DNA from: Octopus vulgaris
Lineage: Eukaryota
Assembly: GCA_951406725.2 (NCBI GenBank)
Contig: OX597819.1
Span: 72,168,001-72,232,000, forward strand
Direction of reading: 5' to 3'
DNA length: 64,000 nt
Made by a program: the position numbers and the translations under genes. This document shows, in pieces, positions 48,380-61,781 of the stretch (its first letter is position 1; each line of letters begins with the position of its first letter). The notes under the pieces are model-generated. The model worked only from the letters and a program-made list of their open reading frames with translations. It did no database searches and had not been told where the DNA came from.

Positions 48380-49769
48380 CTAGGCTGTCTTTTGCTTTTT
48401 TATGATCGTGTGTGTTTGGAGGATTGTGTTCATTCTGTGGTCTTTTTTTAGGAGGAGTATGTTGTGGAGGATGGTGTCGAAGGCTTCGTTATTGAGAGGG
48501 TTGTGTGTGGAGATGTATGGTAAGGCTTTTGGTTGTAAGTTTTTCTTTGATTTGGGATGTCTCAGTTCCTTGATGTTAAGTTGAAGGGCACGTTGAATGC
48601 ACTTGTCAATAAGTGAAGGTGGATAGTTCCTGGTGATTAGGGTATCTTTTAGTTCTTGTAGTCGTGTGTCTCTGGTGTTTGCGTTAGAGACTATAGTGCA
48701 TATCCTTTTTGCTAGATTGAAGGGGATATTCATCCTGGTGTGTCTGGGGTGGCATGAATTGAATGGAAGATATTGCTTAGAGTCTGTAGGCTTATAGTAT
48801 ATGTCTGTTTCTATTATATTATTAGCTTTCTTAATGAGGATATCGAGGAAGGGGAGTTGTTGTTGGCTATATTCCATCGTGAATTGGATGTTTACGTCCA
48901 GTCCGTTTAAAATTTTCTGGAATTCTATGAGTTTTTCTATATTTTTATGCCAAAGGATGAAACAGTCATCTAGATATCTCTTCCAGTTGTTTTCTATGTA
49001 GATGGAGAAAGGGCTGCCATATCTTTCTAGAACCTTACGATACAGACTGATCTCTAGGTATCCTATGACTAGGTTGGCAAAGGAGGGGGCCATTCGTGTA
49101 CCCATCGCAGTCCCCGATTTTTGTCGGTAGAAGTCATTGAAGGCGAAGAAGTTATTTTCCAGGATGAATTTAACCCCTTCTATCACAAATTCTTTTTTGA
49201 TGCGGTGTGGTAGTTCGTTGGCGTGATTCTCTAGCCAGAATTGGATTGCCTCTAGTCCTAGGTTGTGGGGGATATTGGAGTAGAGGTTGACTACATCGAA
49301 GGATACCAGTATGGTGTTTTTGTTTATAGTATTCGGTAGGTGATTGAGCATATCTAAGTCGTCCCTTATATAGCTTTTGACATGTTTGAGGAGTGGTTTT
49401 AACAGGGTGTCTAAAAAGTTACTGAGGCGGTGGGTTTCGCATGCGGGACCTGCTATTATGGGTCTCAATTTGAGGTCATTAGGATTAGGGACTTTAATTA
49501 TTTTGTCTGTAGCTATCTTGCATGCGTTGCTTATTTTTTCACTTTTGTGGATCTTAGGTATACCGTAGAATTGGCTAGTTTTACTTGTGAAATTGGTCAT
49601 ATAATCATATTCTTTGTCGGTGAGCCCTGCTTTGTATGGGTTTAATATGGATTTTAGTTCCCTCATTATTTTTTGTTGACTGTAGTTTTGTGCCTTTTCA
49701 TAGTATGTTGTGTCTTCCAGCATAGAAAGTACCAAAGTTATGTAAAATGTCGTATCCATTAAGACAACA

Positions 49770-49771
<2 letters not shown>
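48380..49771 (-). CDS. PLE reverse transcriptase; the ORF-track N-terminal (YI)n is microsatellite
   Basis: [66 protein letters not shown]; ~460 codons without a stop. Confidence 0.92.
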
Positions 49772-49810
<39 letters not shown>

Positions 49811-49813
49811 AAG

Positions 49814-49907
<94 letters not shown>

Positions 49908-50074
49908 CATATATACGTTTCTCAATTTGTTTGACAAGATTCCTGATGTGGAATCGTGTGTTGAAAAAGATATTGTTGTGTTTCGGAATGGTTATTTTAT
50001 TTATTTATTTGCCAAATATTGCGTGTGTTTATTTGGCAAAAAAAATTACCATCCCGAAATACAATATATACATA

Positions 50075-50382
50075 TATAATGAATGAGGGAAACGGAACAT
50101 GGAGTTAAAAAGAATTGTTATTGAACACAACGATCGTTTCGACCCTTCTTGCATCTGTCCCTTACGGGTGGGATATTGTACAGCTAGTTGTGACCACAAC
50201 ATGCCAAGCGACACTCAGTATATGTAGCGAATATCTTATTTAAAACGAGACACTGATGGATGCAACTCAACTAGTTGTACAATATCTCATCTGTAAGGGA
50301 CAGATGCAGGTGGGTCGAAATGTTCGTTGTGTTGAATAGAGATTCTTGCAAACTCCATTTTCTGTTTCTCTCATTCATTATA
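50075..50382. repeat. Diverged foldback carrying a hammerhead 3'-half motif
   Basis: Arms ~50075-50192 and ~50266-50382; the left arm minus strand reads GGGTC-GAAA-CGATCG-TT-GTGTT. Confidence 0.75.
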
Positions 50383-50528
50383 AACTCAACGAACCTTACA
50401 GAATTCCTGACGTAGATCCAGTGACAATTATATCATAACCATGGGTGACATCAGGTAGCCCAAATAGTGAAAGCATTTCAATCAGCATACTACTAGACAT
50501 ATACCCGAAGTTCAAATATTTATATATA

Positions 50529-51810
50529 CAGGGGTTGGACAAAATAATGGAAACATCTTAAAATTTCAAACAAATTTATTTTAATATGGAGTAGGACCCC
50601 CTTTGGCAGTAATTAGAACTTCAATTCTACGAGGTATGGACTCGTACAAAGTTAGAACTATTTCCAAAGGAATTTTTGTCCATTCTTCAGCTAAAACAGT
50701 CTCCAGTTCTTGTAGTGATGATGGTGAAGGATATCGACTCCTTACTTGTTTTTCTAAAATGCACCATAAATGTTCAATAATATTGAGATCTGAGGACTGT
50801 GGTGGTCAGATAATATGTTCAACTTCACTAGAATGTTCCTTGTGCCATTCAGAAACAACTTTGGCTGTGTGAATTTGTGCATTATCATCCTGAAAGTTTG
50901 CGTTTCCCTCTGGAAACAGTTCCGCAACCATAAGATAAATGTGATCAGATAAAATGCTTAAGTAGTCTCGACTATTAATTCTGCCATGAAGGGAAACTAT
51001 TGGGCCGGCGGATTTCCAAACTATAACCCCCACCACCACCACCAGACAATCACAGATCCTCCTCCATGTTTAACAGTTAGAAGAAGGCAGTCCTGGTCAA
51101 AATGCTTCTTTCGGCTGTCTCCACACGTATACTCGGTTGGTGGTCGGAAATAAGGTAAAGGATGACTCGTCCGCGAAAATAACATTCTTCCACTGCTATG
51201 GGGCCAATTATGTATATTTTTGCTCCACTCTAAACGCTTTGAAACGTTTGTTTTTGAAAGTAGTGGTTTTCTGATTGTAGCCCTCCCGTGAAATCCGGCT
51301 TTGTGCAGCACCCGGCGAACAGTTTTTGTGGAAACTGTGTTCTCGAGGTGGTCATTAAGCTCTGCAGTAATTTTGGGAGCAGTGCTTTCGTGATTCTTTC
51401 TAACAATACGCGTAAGAGTCCTATGGTCCCTATCTGAAAGTTTTGGTTTTGTTCCGGAGTTTTGTTTCAACGAGGCAGTTTTTCCCTCTTTCTCAAAGGC
51501 TGTCATTTCTTTCGAGACAGTACTTCTTGATACACCAAACATTTCGGCCGTTTTCATTACGCTAGCGCCTGCCATACAAGCAGCAACAATTTGACCTCTT
51601 TGAAAGTCCGATAGATCTGTCATTTTAATGAATTTTAATTTCCTTTTTCTGATGATATCTGAAAAGTAACATCAATTTTAGCAAAACATATTAAGCAACA
51701 GTAATAATAAATTAAAAAAACATTAAAATAAACAAGCTTTTGACGGTTTTATAGATATTTCAAAATTATGATGCTATGATGCTAGGTGCTTCCATTATTT
51801 TGTTCAACCC

Positions 51811-51813
<3 letters not shown>
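50529..51813 (-). mobile_element. Full-length Tc1-like (DD34E) transposon, frameshifted
   Basis: TIRs CAGGGGTTGGACAAAATAATGGAA / TTCCATTATTTTGTTCAACCCCTG with TA flanks; MTDLSDFQRGQIV, IFADES, FQDDNAQIH, SSDLNIIEHLW. Confidence 0.95.
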
Positions 51814-51878
<65 letters not shown>

Positions 51879-51993
51879 TCGTGGAGATTTAGGTGTTTTC
51901 GCTCAATAAATACTCACAACTCCTGGTCTGGGAATCAAAACCACGATCCTACAACCGCGAGTCCGCTGCCCTAACTACTGGGCCATTGCGCCT

Positions 51994-52095
<102 letters not shown>

Positions 52096-52334
52096 GTGTC
52101 AAAACCATTATGATATCCGTTAGGCAGCTGATGCTGGGGATATATGCTTGATATGGCCGTTGTCTGTGAACGTTGGAAGCCTCATTATTCTGAGATATCT
52201 TTCATTCTCGTAAGGTTGAATCTGTTAAATGGTTCATTGTTTATGGCTATGACATATTGACATTGCATGATTGCTTTAGTAATCTTATTATGCTTGGTTG
52301 ATAATTAAGGCTTTCAGGAGGTTGTGTAGCATAT

Positions 52335-52585
52335 GTGTGTGTGAGTGTGTTTGTATTTATATATGTATGCATGTATGTATTTATGTGTGTGTCTTTGTTT
52401 TTGAGTTTGACCCCATCACCGCTTAACAACTTAGCAGTTCAACAAAAAAGAGTGATAGAGTTATTGCCAGATTTTCTAAAAGTAAGTCATCGGGTTGATT
52501 TATTCGACTAAACCCCATAATGCAGTGCCCCAGCTTGGTTGTTACCCAATAATTGAAACATATAAACGATAAAAGCTAAAAAGCT
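52335..52585 (+). mobile_element. Decayed CORE-type SINE, 3' half
   Basis: CACCGCTTAACAAC...GATTTATTCGACTAAA...GCAGTGCCCCAGC. Confidence 0.55.
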
Positions 52586-53259
52586 ATCATTCATCAATGC
52601 ACAATGAGATCGATTCAGTCTTTGAAAATTGTCATATTAGAATTCAGGTGATAGAACATGAAATGCCAAACTCTTCTCGTTCTGTCATTGTCAGTCCACT
52701 CCACGATTCGGCTTTCTGCGACTTTTCATATTATCAAGGACATTGGAAACGGTGAAAACAGTGCATTGTTGTAGTCATCTATCCTCGTTTATCGCTGATT
52801 TATTCATCACGGATCCGGGATAACACGGTACGCTCAATTGTGAGGCATGTTACACTTATGACGATTGATTTGTGATAACACTGGTTGGTAATAAGATAAA
52901 GATTTGACTTAAGTCGGAAAAGCGCGCCCCAGTGACAATCCAGTATGATCGGTACAAATCGGGACCTCGGAATAAAACCATAGGTTCTTTTATTCACTTA
53001 TCATTGATTCATTTAACACGGTGACTTTGGGACCAAACATCCGTGATAAATGAGGACATATACTTTATTTTGTTATATTTCCAACTTTGAACTTCGCTGA
53101 AGAAAACACTTTTCATTTGTATCTTACTTCTGAATAAGACGTAATAAAATGGTTTCAGGAAATTTCACTGTAACCATTTTTGCTGTAGACAAATTCGTCA
53201 TAAAAAATTTCATTTTAAATGCCCTCATCACCTCTTCTTTTCTTTTCTTCTAATGTTTA

Positions 53260-53655
53260 ATGTTGCTAAAGCTGCATGGCTACTTTTGTCCAAGCAACAC
53301 TTGATAGTGTCCTGCCATTACGTTCTTGATCTACTTCTTGATCTACTTCCATCTACGTTTCCTTCAATGATAATGTTTTCCAGATCCTTGCTTCTTCGAA
53401 TAAAGTCATTATTTGAGTAAATGTCATATTTATTCTGGAGCCTGTTCAAATCATTCCACTTCACTCTTACAAAAAAATTGCCATTTTGTAATTGTAAAAT
53501 TGGCTCGAAATGCATATAAATATTTTCAGATTCGTAAAAAAAAGGAGCATCTTAAACAGATATGGCCTTTGTATTTCCAAGGAAATGTTTCTTGTTAAGA
53601 AAATGTTGATATGGCTAGAATGAGTTCTTAGAATCTGTGCATATATTACATTTCT
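53260..53655 (-). mobile_element. Decayed RTE-like LINE 3' fragment
   Basis: LENIIIEGNVDGSRSRSRSRT*WQDTIK; MLRILRT-like and VKWND segments. Confidence 0.6.
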
Positions 53656-53749
53656 GAAGAGATACAAACACACACGTACGCACGCACACACATATATTTG
53701 TATGCGTATATATACATATATATATACGTATATCTATCTATCTATCTGT

Positions 53750-53814
<65 letters not shown>

Positions 53815-53879
53815 TAAAATATATATATATATATGTATATATGTATATATATATGCATAAATATATATATGTATATATG

Positions 53880-53940
<61 letters not shown>

Positions 53941-54009
53941 TTGTGTGTGTGTGTGTGTATATGCATATATATATATATATATTTATATACATATATAAAT
54001 ATATATATA

Positions 54010-54061
54010 TTTATTTTATTTAGTTTCAGCTCACAAGCTGTGGCCATGCTGGGGCACCGCC

Positions 54062-54062
<1 letters not shown>
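54010..54062 (-). mobile_element. ~50-bp extreme 5'-truncated copy of the CR1/L2-group LINE tail
   Basis: Minus strand TGGCGGTGCCCCAGCATGGCCACAGCTTGTGAGCTGAAACT matches 19913-19953. Confidence 0.85.
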
Positions 54063-54092
<30 letters not shown>

Positions 54093-54279
54093 GATATATG
54101 TATATACGCAGACAGATAGACAGACAGGCAGACAGACTGGCAAACAAACAGATACACAGATAGATAGAGACAGAGACAGAGACGGACAGACAGACAGATT
54201 ATATGTCTGTATGAATACACTTGAAAGAAAGAAAGATTGACAAATTGTTGGCTTATAATGTGAGAAACAGAATATTCAT

Positions 54280-54329
<50 letters not shown>

Positions 54330-54536
54330 CATGCACGTGTGTATGTGTGTTCTGTATGTCTGTATTTTTGTATGTATGCATCTGCGTATGTATGCATGTA
54401 TGTATCTTTCTTTATACGAGCGTACGTTACGCATTTGTGTGTGTGTATGTATATATGTATGTATACTAATTTGTATGTATGTATCTGTGTGTATGTATGT
54501 ATACATGTACGTTTGATTGTATGTATGTATATATGT

Positions 54537-54571
<35 letters not shown>

Positions 54572-54641
54572 CATCTTATGTCTCTATGTATGTACGTATG
54601 AAAGTATTTACGTATGTCTACATACAGATGTGTGTTATATC

Positions 54642-54673
<32 letters not shown>

Positions 54674-55242
54674 TGTATGTATGTATGTATGTATGTATGT
54701 ATGTATGTATGTATGTGTAAGTATATGTACTGGTGTGAGTGTGTATGTATATATTTATGACTATACGTACGTAATGGACATACAGACACAGAGAGATGCA
54801 CATTCTGGCCTCATTACGTACAAATAAACATCATCGCACCAAATAAAACATACCATGTAGACAGACGTGCATTGATTAATCACAAATACAAGATGGGGGG
54901 AAAAAAGAAGTTAAATAAAAACGTACTGAAGTTACCATTTTATCTTCGCAGCTGAACAACAGCTGTTAGCAGAAGATATGTATAAAAACCACAGAAACAC
55001 TTCGTTTAAGAATAAAGAAACCTTTCTTAACAACTTATTGAATTGCTCAGAATTACATAACGAGAGAAGGTTGATAAGGATTCTGAAAATAGCTTGTAGC
55101 CTTTCAACAGATTTTGGAAGGAGTAAAAGGAATAAATATATTTTCTAATTTTTCATTGTTTCGGGCATGTGTCTGTGTTGCAAACCACCAAATATATTAC
55201 CTCTACCCGTAATGTTCTAATCTTTTACATTTTTTTTTACAT

Positions 55243-55442
55243 CTTTTACTTGTTTCAGTCATATGACTGCGACCATGCTGGAGCACCGCCTTTAGTCGAG
55301 CAAATCAACCCCAGGACTTATTTTTTGTAAGCCTAGTACTTATTCTATCGGACTCTTTTGCCGAACCACTAAGTTACGGGGACATAAGCACACCAACATC
55401 GGTTGTCAAGCGATGTTGGGGGAGACAAACACAGACACACAA

Positions 55443-55479
<37 letters not shown>

Positions 55480-55638
55480 CGACGGGCTTCTTTCAGTTTC
55501 CGTCTACCAAATCCACTCACAAGGCTTTGGTCGGCCCGAGGCTATAGTAGAAAACACTTGTCCAGTGTGTCACGCAGTGGGACTGAACCCGGAACCATGT
55601 GGTCGGTAAGCAAGCTACTTACCACACAGCCACTCCTG
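55243..55638 (-). mobile_element. CORE-type SINE, full length
   Basis: Reverse-complement match to 16902-17330. Confidence 0.92.
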
Positions 55639-55812
55639 TTATGTTGTTGGGTTTTTTTTTTTGGGGGGGGGGGTTTCATTCAAATTTTATTCATTTATTT
55701 AAAGTCTTCTTCCACCGGTGAATATATATATTGGACGATTGTTATTGTTATTTAGCCTCAGGAAACATCGTTTTATTATTATTTAGAAATAATAATAAAA
55801 ATAATTATTATA

Positions 55813-55848
<36 letters not shown>

Positions 55849-55862
55849 TGTATGTATGTATG

Positions 55863-55934
<72 letters not shown>

Positions 55935-56147
55935 GTAAAAACAATTAAGATTCAGTAAAACAATTAAGATTCGAGTGAGTTCCAATGAATTCACATGAAT
56001 GCGGTACTTAACTTAGATGCACCAGAAATCTATATGGTATTAACCATTAAATAATGTGGGGTGATTATAAACAAGAAAAAAGCAACAAAAATGGATTCTT
56101 AATCCATTCTTGTTGCTTATATATATATATATATATATTTATATATT

Positions 56148-56188
<41 letters not shown>

Positions 56189-56285
56189 ATCGACCAGACC
56201 ATCAGATGTTACACATAGCTGGTCACAATGCGTTCGCATTGTTTTAGCCTTCGAATGACGCCACCCCGCTGGCTAAGCGAGCAGG

Positions 56286-56328
<43 letters not shown>

Positions 56329-56672
56329 GTGACAGGAGCAGTATTACTACCAAAAGATAAACTCTAGCATAACGTGGAGGTTGCGTTAGTACACAAAATA
56401 CTGCGCTGTGTATCTTGAGAGAGGATCTCGCAGAAGGACCTGTGGCGCATAAAAGCATACGTAATTATATTGGTTGACAGACAACAACCGTCTGTTTCGT
56501 TTGTATATCTTTGATGAGAGAATCAGCCATTATACCGTTGCCAAACATCTGTCATTGACGAAGCCACACTATGACCGGCCATCATTTTTAACTTCCTTAA
56601 TATTATATTACTTCTCTAATGCTTTAGGGTATGCTTCTTCTTCGGCTGTATGAACAACTGACGATATATATA

Positions 56673-56705
<33 letters not shown>

Positions 56706-56708
56706 ATT

Positions 56709-56744
<36 letters not shown>

Positions 56745-57510
56745 TAAGTAGAAAATGGAGAAAACTTTTGATCTACAAACAAATTGACTAGCATCGGTTA
56801 TTACTTTTTTAATACAAAACTTTCTCTTTCTCTCTCTCTCTTTCTTTCTCTCTTTCACTTTCTATCTCTTTTTCTTTCTCTCTTTCACTTTCTCTCTCTC
56901 TCTCTTTCTTTCTCTCTTTCACTTTCTCTCTCTCTCTCTCTCACTCTCTCTCTCACTCTCTCTCTCACTCTCTCTCTCCCCACCTCTCCGTCTCTTTAAT
57001 CAGATGATTATTCTGTTAGAAATAGCAATGGAAAGCCCTCTCAAATCATACCATGTTCCCTTTAAAAAGAAATGCAATACTTAGAAAATCGATGGAATGG
57101 TCACAGCAGAAACATGTGTGATCAATGCTGAACTGGCAGTAAACAGCCTCCGTAGAGTTTTCTGCCAGAATATAAAGACTCTTCGAGTTAAATGCCTCTA
57201 TTTTACCAATATGTTTCCAAATTCTAAAGTCAACTGAATGGAGGACAATGCCAAATTATACTGCAGTGTGTTTATAAGCGTATACTTATATATGTGAGTT
57301 TACGGCTGTATATGTGTATATGAATAAGTGCAGGTATGTGTGTGTGGGTGTATGTATGTGTGTGCACGTGATAACTTCTACTTACCGTGAAATTCGTTCT
57401 GCTGTCTACATCAATCTGAGGTATGCGTATGTGTGTATACTTTATATATGTGTAAATATGCAAGTGTGTGTAGTCGTATATATGTGTGTATGTATGTATA
57501 CATTATGCAT

Positions 57511-57572
<62 letters not shown>

Positions 57573-57575
<3 letters not shown>

Positions 57576-59392
57576 ACGATTTACAGGACCATGCTCAAAC
57601 TACCTCTCCATTCTCACCTTCCTTTTCAAGTGGTACTTGGAAAAGTTGAATAGCGATTGGCCAGAGAGGTAAGTGTTTGTCTCTAATCCTTTCGCTAAAG
57701 TCCACCACACACATTCATTCACCATGGCCACCAGTATGATGAAGACCGCCTTGCCCTCCAGGTTGAGCGTAGGTGGCAGAGCAATTGTCACGTTAGACTC
57801 GGTCAACAGGCGGACTCCTCTCACACGTGACAGCAGCCGTGCGGCATAAGCCCACAGGTTCGAAATGGTTGGACACTGCACGAGTACGCGCAGAAAGTTA
57901 CAAGGAGGGGAAGGTAAAAGAGGAATTACTTCCTGGAACGTTCCGAGGATAGGGACGATTTACTTCTGGAAATTCCTGAGGAGAGGAGGAATTACTTCCT
58001 GGAAAGTTCCAAGGAATTATTACTTGTCGAGCGCGATGACGAGCGTAAATTCGCTGATGAAGGACCTAAGCGCGAACGCAGAACTTGTAATTGATTTGAA
58101 GACATTTTTAATTATGATGCGTTTTCGCTGGAGACCGTTACTTTTATACCTCCTGTACCAATGCATATGCACGTAAAGTATCAGCATGTCATTGGTCTAC
58201 TGCTAGTCTCATGACTTGTACGTAACCTCAAATAGCTAAGATAATGCACAGGACGGCGAACGAGCGCACCTCAAAAGATAAAATACACGATAGCGAACGT
58301 AAACATACGTCAGCCGCTAAAAAGTCCGTGATAGATGTAGGGCAGCTCTAAATCGTATATTTATGTTATCCGCGGGTAGGCAAGCAAAAGTGTGATCAAC
58401 CGTTGTCAAGGGGTTAACTAGGTCTCCCTCTATTCTATTTCGGTCTAATGCTTGGGCCTTACTCTACCTAACCGCTTCTGCTTTAATTCCTTTCTTTAGG
58501 GCATATCACCATCTGTTGTTAATGATGGCACCCGTCAATGCTTTCTTAACTAATGTGCTAATCCGGTCCCTCTAAGCCCTGACGTGCCGTAAACGACTCT
58601 TTCAGCTTCCAGTAACCGGGACCCTGCCTATGTGTCTAATCTAAGTCAAGTGTACAAGTCACAAATTTGTGGTCTGTGTAGCTGTCTATATGGAATTGTG
58701 GACACCCTACACTATCCTTATCCATTGTCCTACAGAATAATATAAGTACGATCTGGACGACCCGATGCGGTTGCTCCATGTCCACATTGGAACATTCGGA
58801 TGGTCCAGTCGATTCCTGTCAGACAGTTGGAAACGTCTGAGCAGGTTTTTGAGGCATTTGCAGCCTCTCCTATTACTATCTCTGCCCACGTAGTCTAGAT
58901 GCGTGTCCAGAGTAGCGTTCCAATACCCCACAAAAAGTAAAGGTCGAGACGTTCCCATGAAAACCTCTAGACGTCGAAAGAAATCTGGCCGGCCTGTTAA
59001 GGACGGTGCATAAACTGTTATCAGTCGGAAAGCACACCCATTGCTGCCATCGACATCCAAGACGACTAGCCTACCCTTCGCGTCTAGGAAAATTGCTCTT
59101 ACTTTGATGTCCAGACTCTTCCGAAGAAGCACCGCGGTGCCACCTCCGCCCATTCTCGGCAATCACAGAGAAAAATAAATGTCGGAATGTCCGCCGAACA
59201 TGTGCTGGAGTGCCCGCGGGCTGGGGAGTGTAGTCTCATTGATGGCTATGATATGCAGATTTTGTGACTTGATGTCGTTTAGCAAGTAGCCTTGTTTCCA
59301 AGGCGACCTCCAAGCCACGTACATTTATACTGTCTATTTTGAGCATGTTCCTACCGAAAGTTCTGTTTTACACACGAAACGAAAACGAAAGA

Positions 59393-59444
<52 letters not shown>

Positions 59445-61270
59445 CTTACTGTCCGAAAGTTCTTTGTTCTTCACCTCACAGTCTTCTCCCAGAAGATTTT
59501 TGTATAGTTTTTTGGACAGGTATTTTTGAAATAGAGGGATTTCAGGGTTGTGTGTGTGTTCTGTGTTATGTGTATGGTTTTAATGTGTTGTGGCGTTGTT
59601 GTGCGTGGAAGATTCTTTGTTTTGGTATCATTTTCTGTTATGTTGGTGTTTGACCTAATGTATTCCATTAGGTCGGGGTTGTTGGTGTTTATGGCTGTCA
59701 ACATTGTTGGATGGTTTGGTATTAGTGTGTTTGTGTTGATGCTTTTGTTTTCTGCGGGTGTTTTGGTTTCGGGAGTGGTAAACCTCCCCGCTTTGTTTGT
59801 CTGCTTCTCTATTTTTCCCCCCTTTTCTCCTTCCCCTTGTGGCCACTTGCTAATCCTCTGTGTCGTCTTCATCTGTCGGCAAAGTCAGAGGAATCAGAAG
59901 GTGGGAGGAGAAGTATATTGGGGTCTATTTCTGAGTGTGTTGACTTTGTTGTTGCTGTTGGTGGTGGTGGTGGTGATGGTGTTGTTTCTGTTCTTCGTGG
60001 CGCTGGTGGTGGTGTTGTTTGGTTTGGCTGATTTGTTGGTTGTTGATGTTCCTTCATTTGTTTGTAGAGCTGTTTAATTAGTTGTGCATATGGCGGTGTG
60101 TATAGCAGTGCTGGTTTTTTGCACAGTTTTTGGTTTTCTTGTGGTTGTTTTGCATGGTCTTGTTGTCGTTGTTGGTGCTGTTGTTGTTTCTGTGCTAGTG
60201 GGCACTTAATTTGTAAGTGTGCTTTGCTAACAGAAACGTAGCAACGTGGCTTTCAGCCTTCGACGGCCACATGTAAACTCGAATCCTCCCTCAATTGAAT
60301 TCTATGGGGAATTTTTTCGTAGATCGTTGGATTAATCTGAGCAAGCATTTCGATTTCTTGGCCGTTCCAGTTTTGCTGGTCCACGGGAGCAATTTCCAAG
60401 ATATGGATTTCGTCCTCGATGTCATAGCAAATGGCAGACACGAGCCATTTTATGTCTATTTCAAGAGGCACATTCTTTATTTTAATTTTTGTGACCCTAC
60501 GACCAAGGTATGTAGGGATCATCAGTAAATTTTCAAATTGGAAGGACTTTGTGGAGAGGTCCATGGTTCTTTCTTCACTGTCGAAACGAACCTCGATCGT
60601 AGCAAATCTGTTTCCCCTCGTGATGTAGTCTTTAAAGGCCCATATAGGCCTTAAACATTTTCAACATTTTCTTGAGTGGCCTTTTCGTATAGCCTTGTTT
60701 TTAGGTTAAGTGTCCTGTAAATAATTGGGGGGGGGTGATGTTTTGTGATGTCTGTATTTGTATGCTTAGGTCGTCTTTTTTTAACATTACTTTAGAGACG
60801 AGCAGTTCTTCTTTGGAAAAGCACGATTCTTTTCTTTAACTTTAAACTGCGGCAAAATTGTTTTCAGTATTCGTGTTGGTTGTGGTAGTGATGGCGGTTG
60901 TGGTGGTGGCAGTGGTGGAGCTAGTGGTTATAGTAGCAGAAGCATTCATGCTTTTAAGGCCTGTGTACGTTCACGCGGAACGGCTTTGCTTTCAGCTTCC
61001 TTCGCCTTTACCAATGCTAAAGGTGGGAAGTTGGCCTCATGGTTTCGCTTAGCCATATTTGTTTAGAAATATTGCAAGGAAATCGAAGAAAATAGAAATG
61101 TAAATAGGTTTGAAACTGCCCCTAGACGTCAATTCCTCCCTTGAAAACACACTCAAACGAAAACTGGGTGCTTTACACACCTTGTGTGCAAAAATTGAAA
61201 CAAAATGTGCGCAATAAAAGGTCGAAAAAAGGGATTACCTGCGGAGCCGATGCGACATCACGCCAGTAGA
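57573..61270 (-). mobile_element. Decayed Tx1/L1-group LINE: 5' UTR, ORF1 (~59450-61056), APE (~58420-59335), ORF2 C-terminus (57600-57892); RT absent
   Basis: ORF1 IPTYLGRRVTKIKI with knuckle remnant RCYVSVSKAHLQIKCP; APE INVRGL...IAINET...GGGTAVLL...GRLV...VYAP...W-NATL...WTWSN; C-terminal LVQCPTISNLW. Confidence 0.8.
57918..58020. repeat. Short tandem repeat (three ~33-bp units) carrying TTCC(T)GGAA motifs
   Basis: GAGGAATTACTTCCTGGAA.GTTCC.AGGA at ~57920 and ~57986, with a diverged middle unit. Confidence 0.75.
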
Positions 61271-61274
61271 AATG

Positions 61275-61363
<89 letters not shown>

Positions 61364-61385
61364 AGAGATAGACAGACAGATAGAC
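61275..61385. repeat. (GATA)n microsatellite
   Basis: Directly visible. Confidence 0.95.
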
Positions 61386-61698
61386 GGAGTCATTAATCAG
61401 TTTCATGTTTTTTACTGATGGTAGAGGCGGTCCCACAAATTCTAAGTCACAATCGATTTTTCTTTCCTTAGTTTATTCTTAATTTTTTTCATCCATCAGA
61501 AACAACATTTATCCATTCTCTCCACTCTCACCACAGACTCGCAGATGGTATGAGGCCAAACTTTCTTCGACACATCGTTCAGAAAGAATATCGTGTTTGT
61601 TAAAGTTATAAACAAACAACTTGAAATTATGATGAGAGGTGTGAATAGAATTTTATTTATGAGCACTTTCCCTCTTCCTCTCTCGGCCTCTCTCTCTT

Positions 61699-61781
<83 letters not shown>

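Larger units (their letters stand above)
47041..49772 (-). mobile_element. Penelope-like element, Neptune-type, 5'-truncated, inserted in (TA)n
   Basis: RT, CxxxxCxxC linker, GIY-YIG, 3' UTR and terminal HHR motif. Confidence 0.93.

Noticed and set aside
49772-49906. N-terminal (YI)n extension of the 508-aa ORF
   Set aside because: Flanking (TA)n read in frame; the PLE is 5'-truncated at ~49772
57918-58020. CRISPR-like repeat-spacer array (also considered for 37727-37826)
   Set aside because: Only 2-3 degenerate units, no unique equal-length spacers, no cas genes, eukaryotic context
58052-58085. Hammerhead at CTGATGAAGG
   Set aside because: No pairing stem II and no GAAA...UH with stem I
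59471-60077. Thr/Pro/Asn-rich and opposite-strand Val-rich 'membrane' ORFs
   Set aside because: Low-complexity C-terminal region of the Tx1-like ORF1 and its antisense shadow
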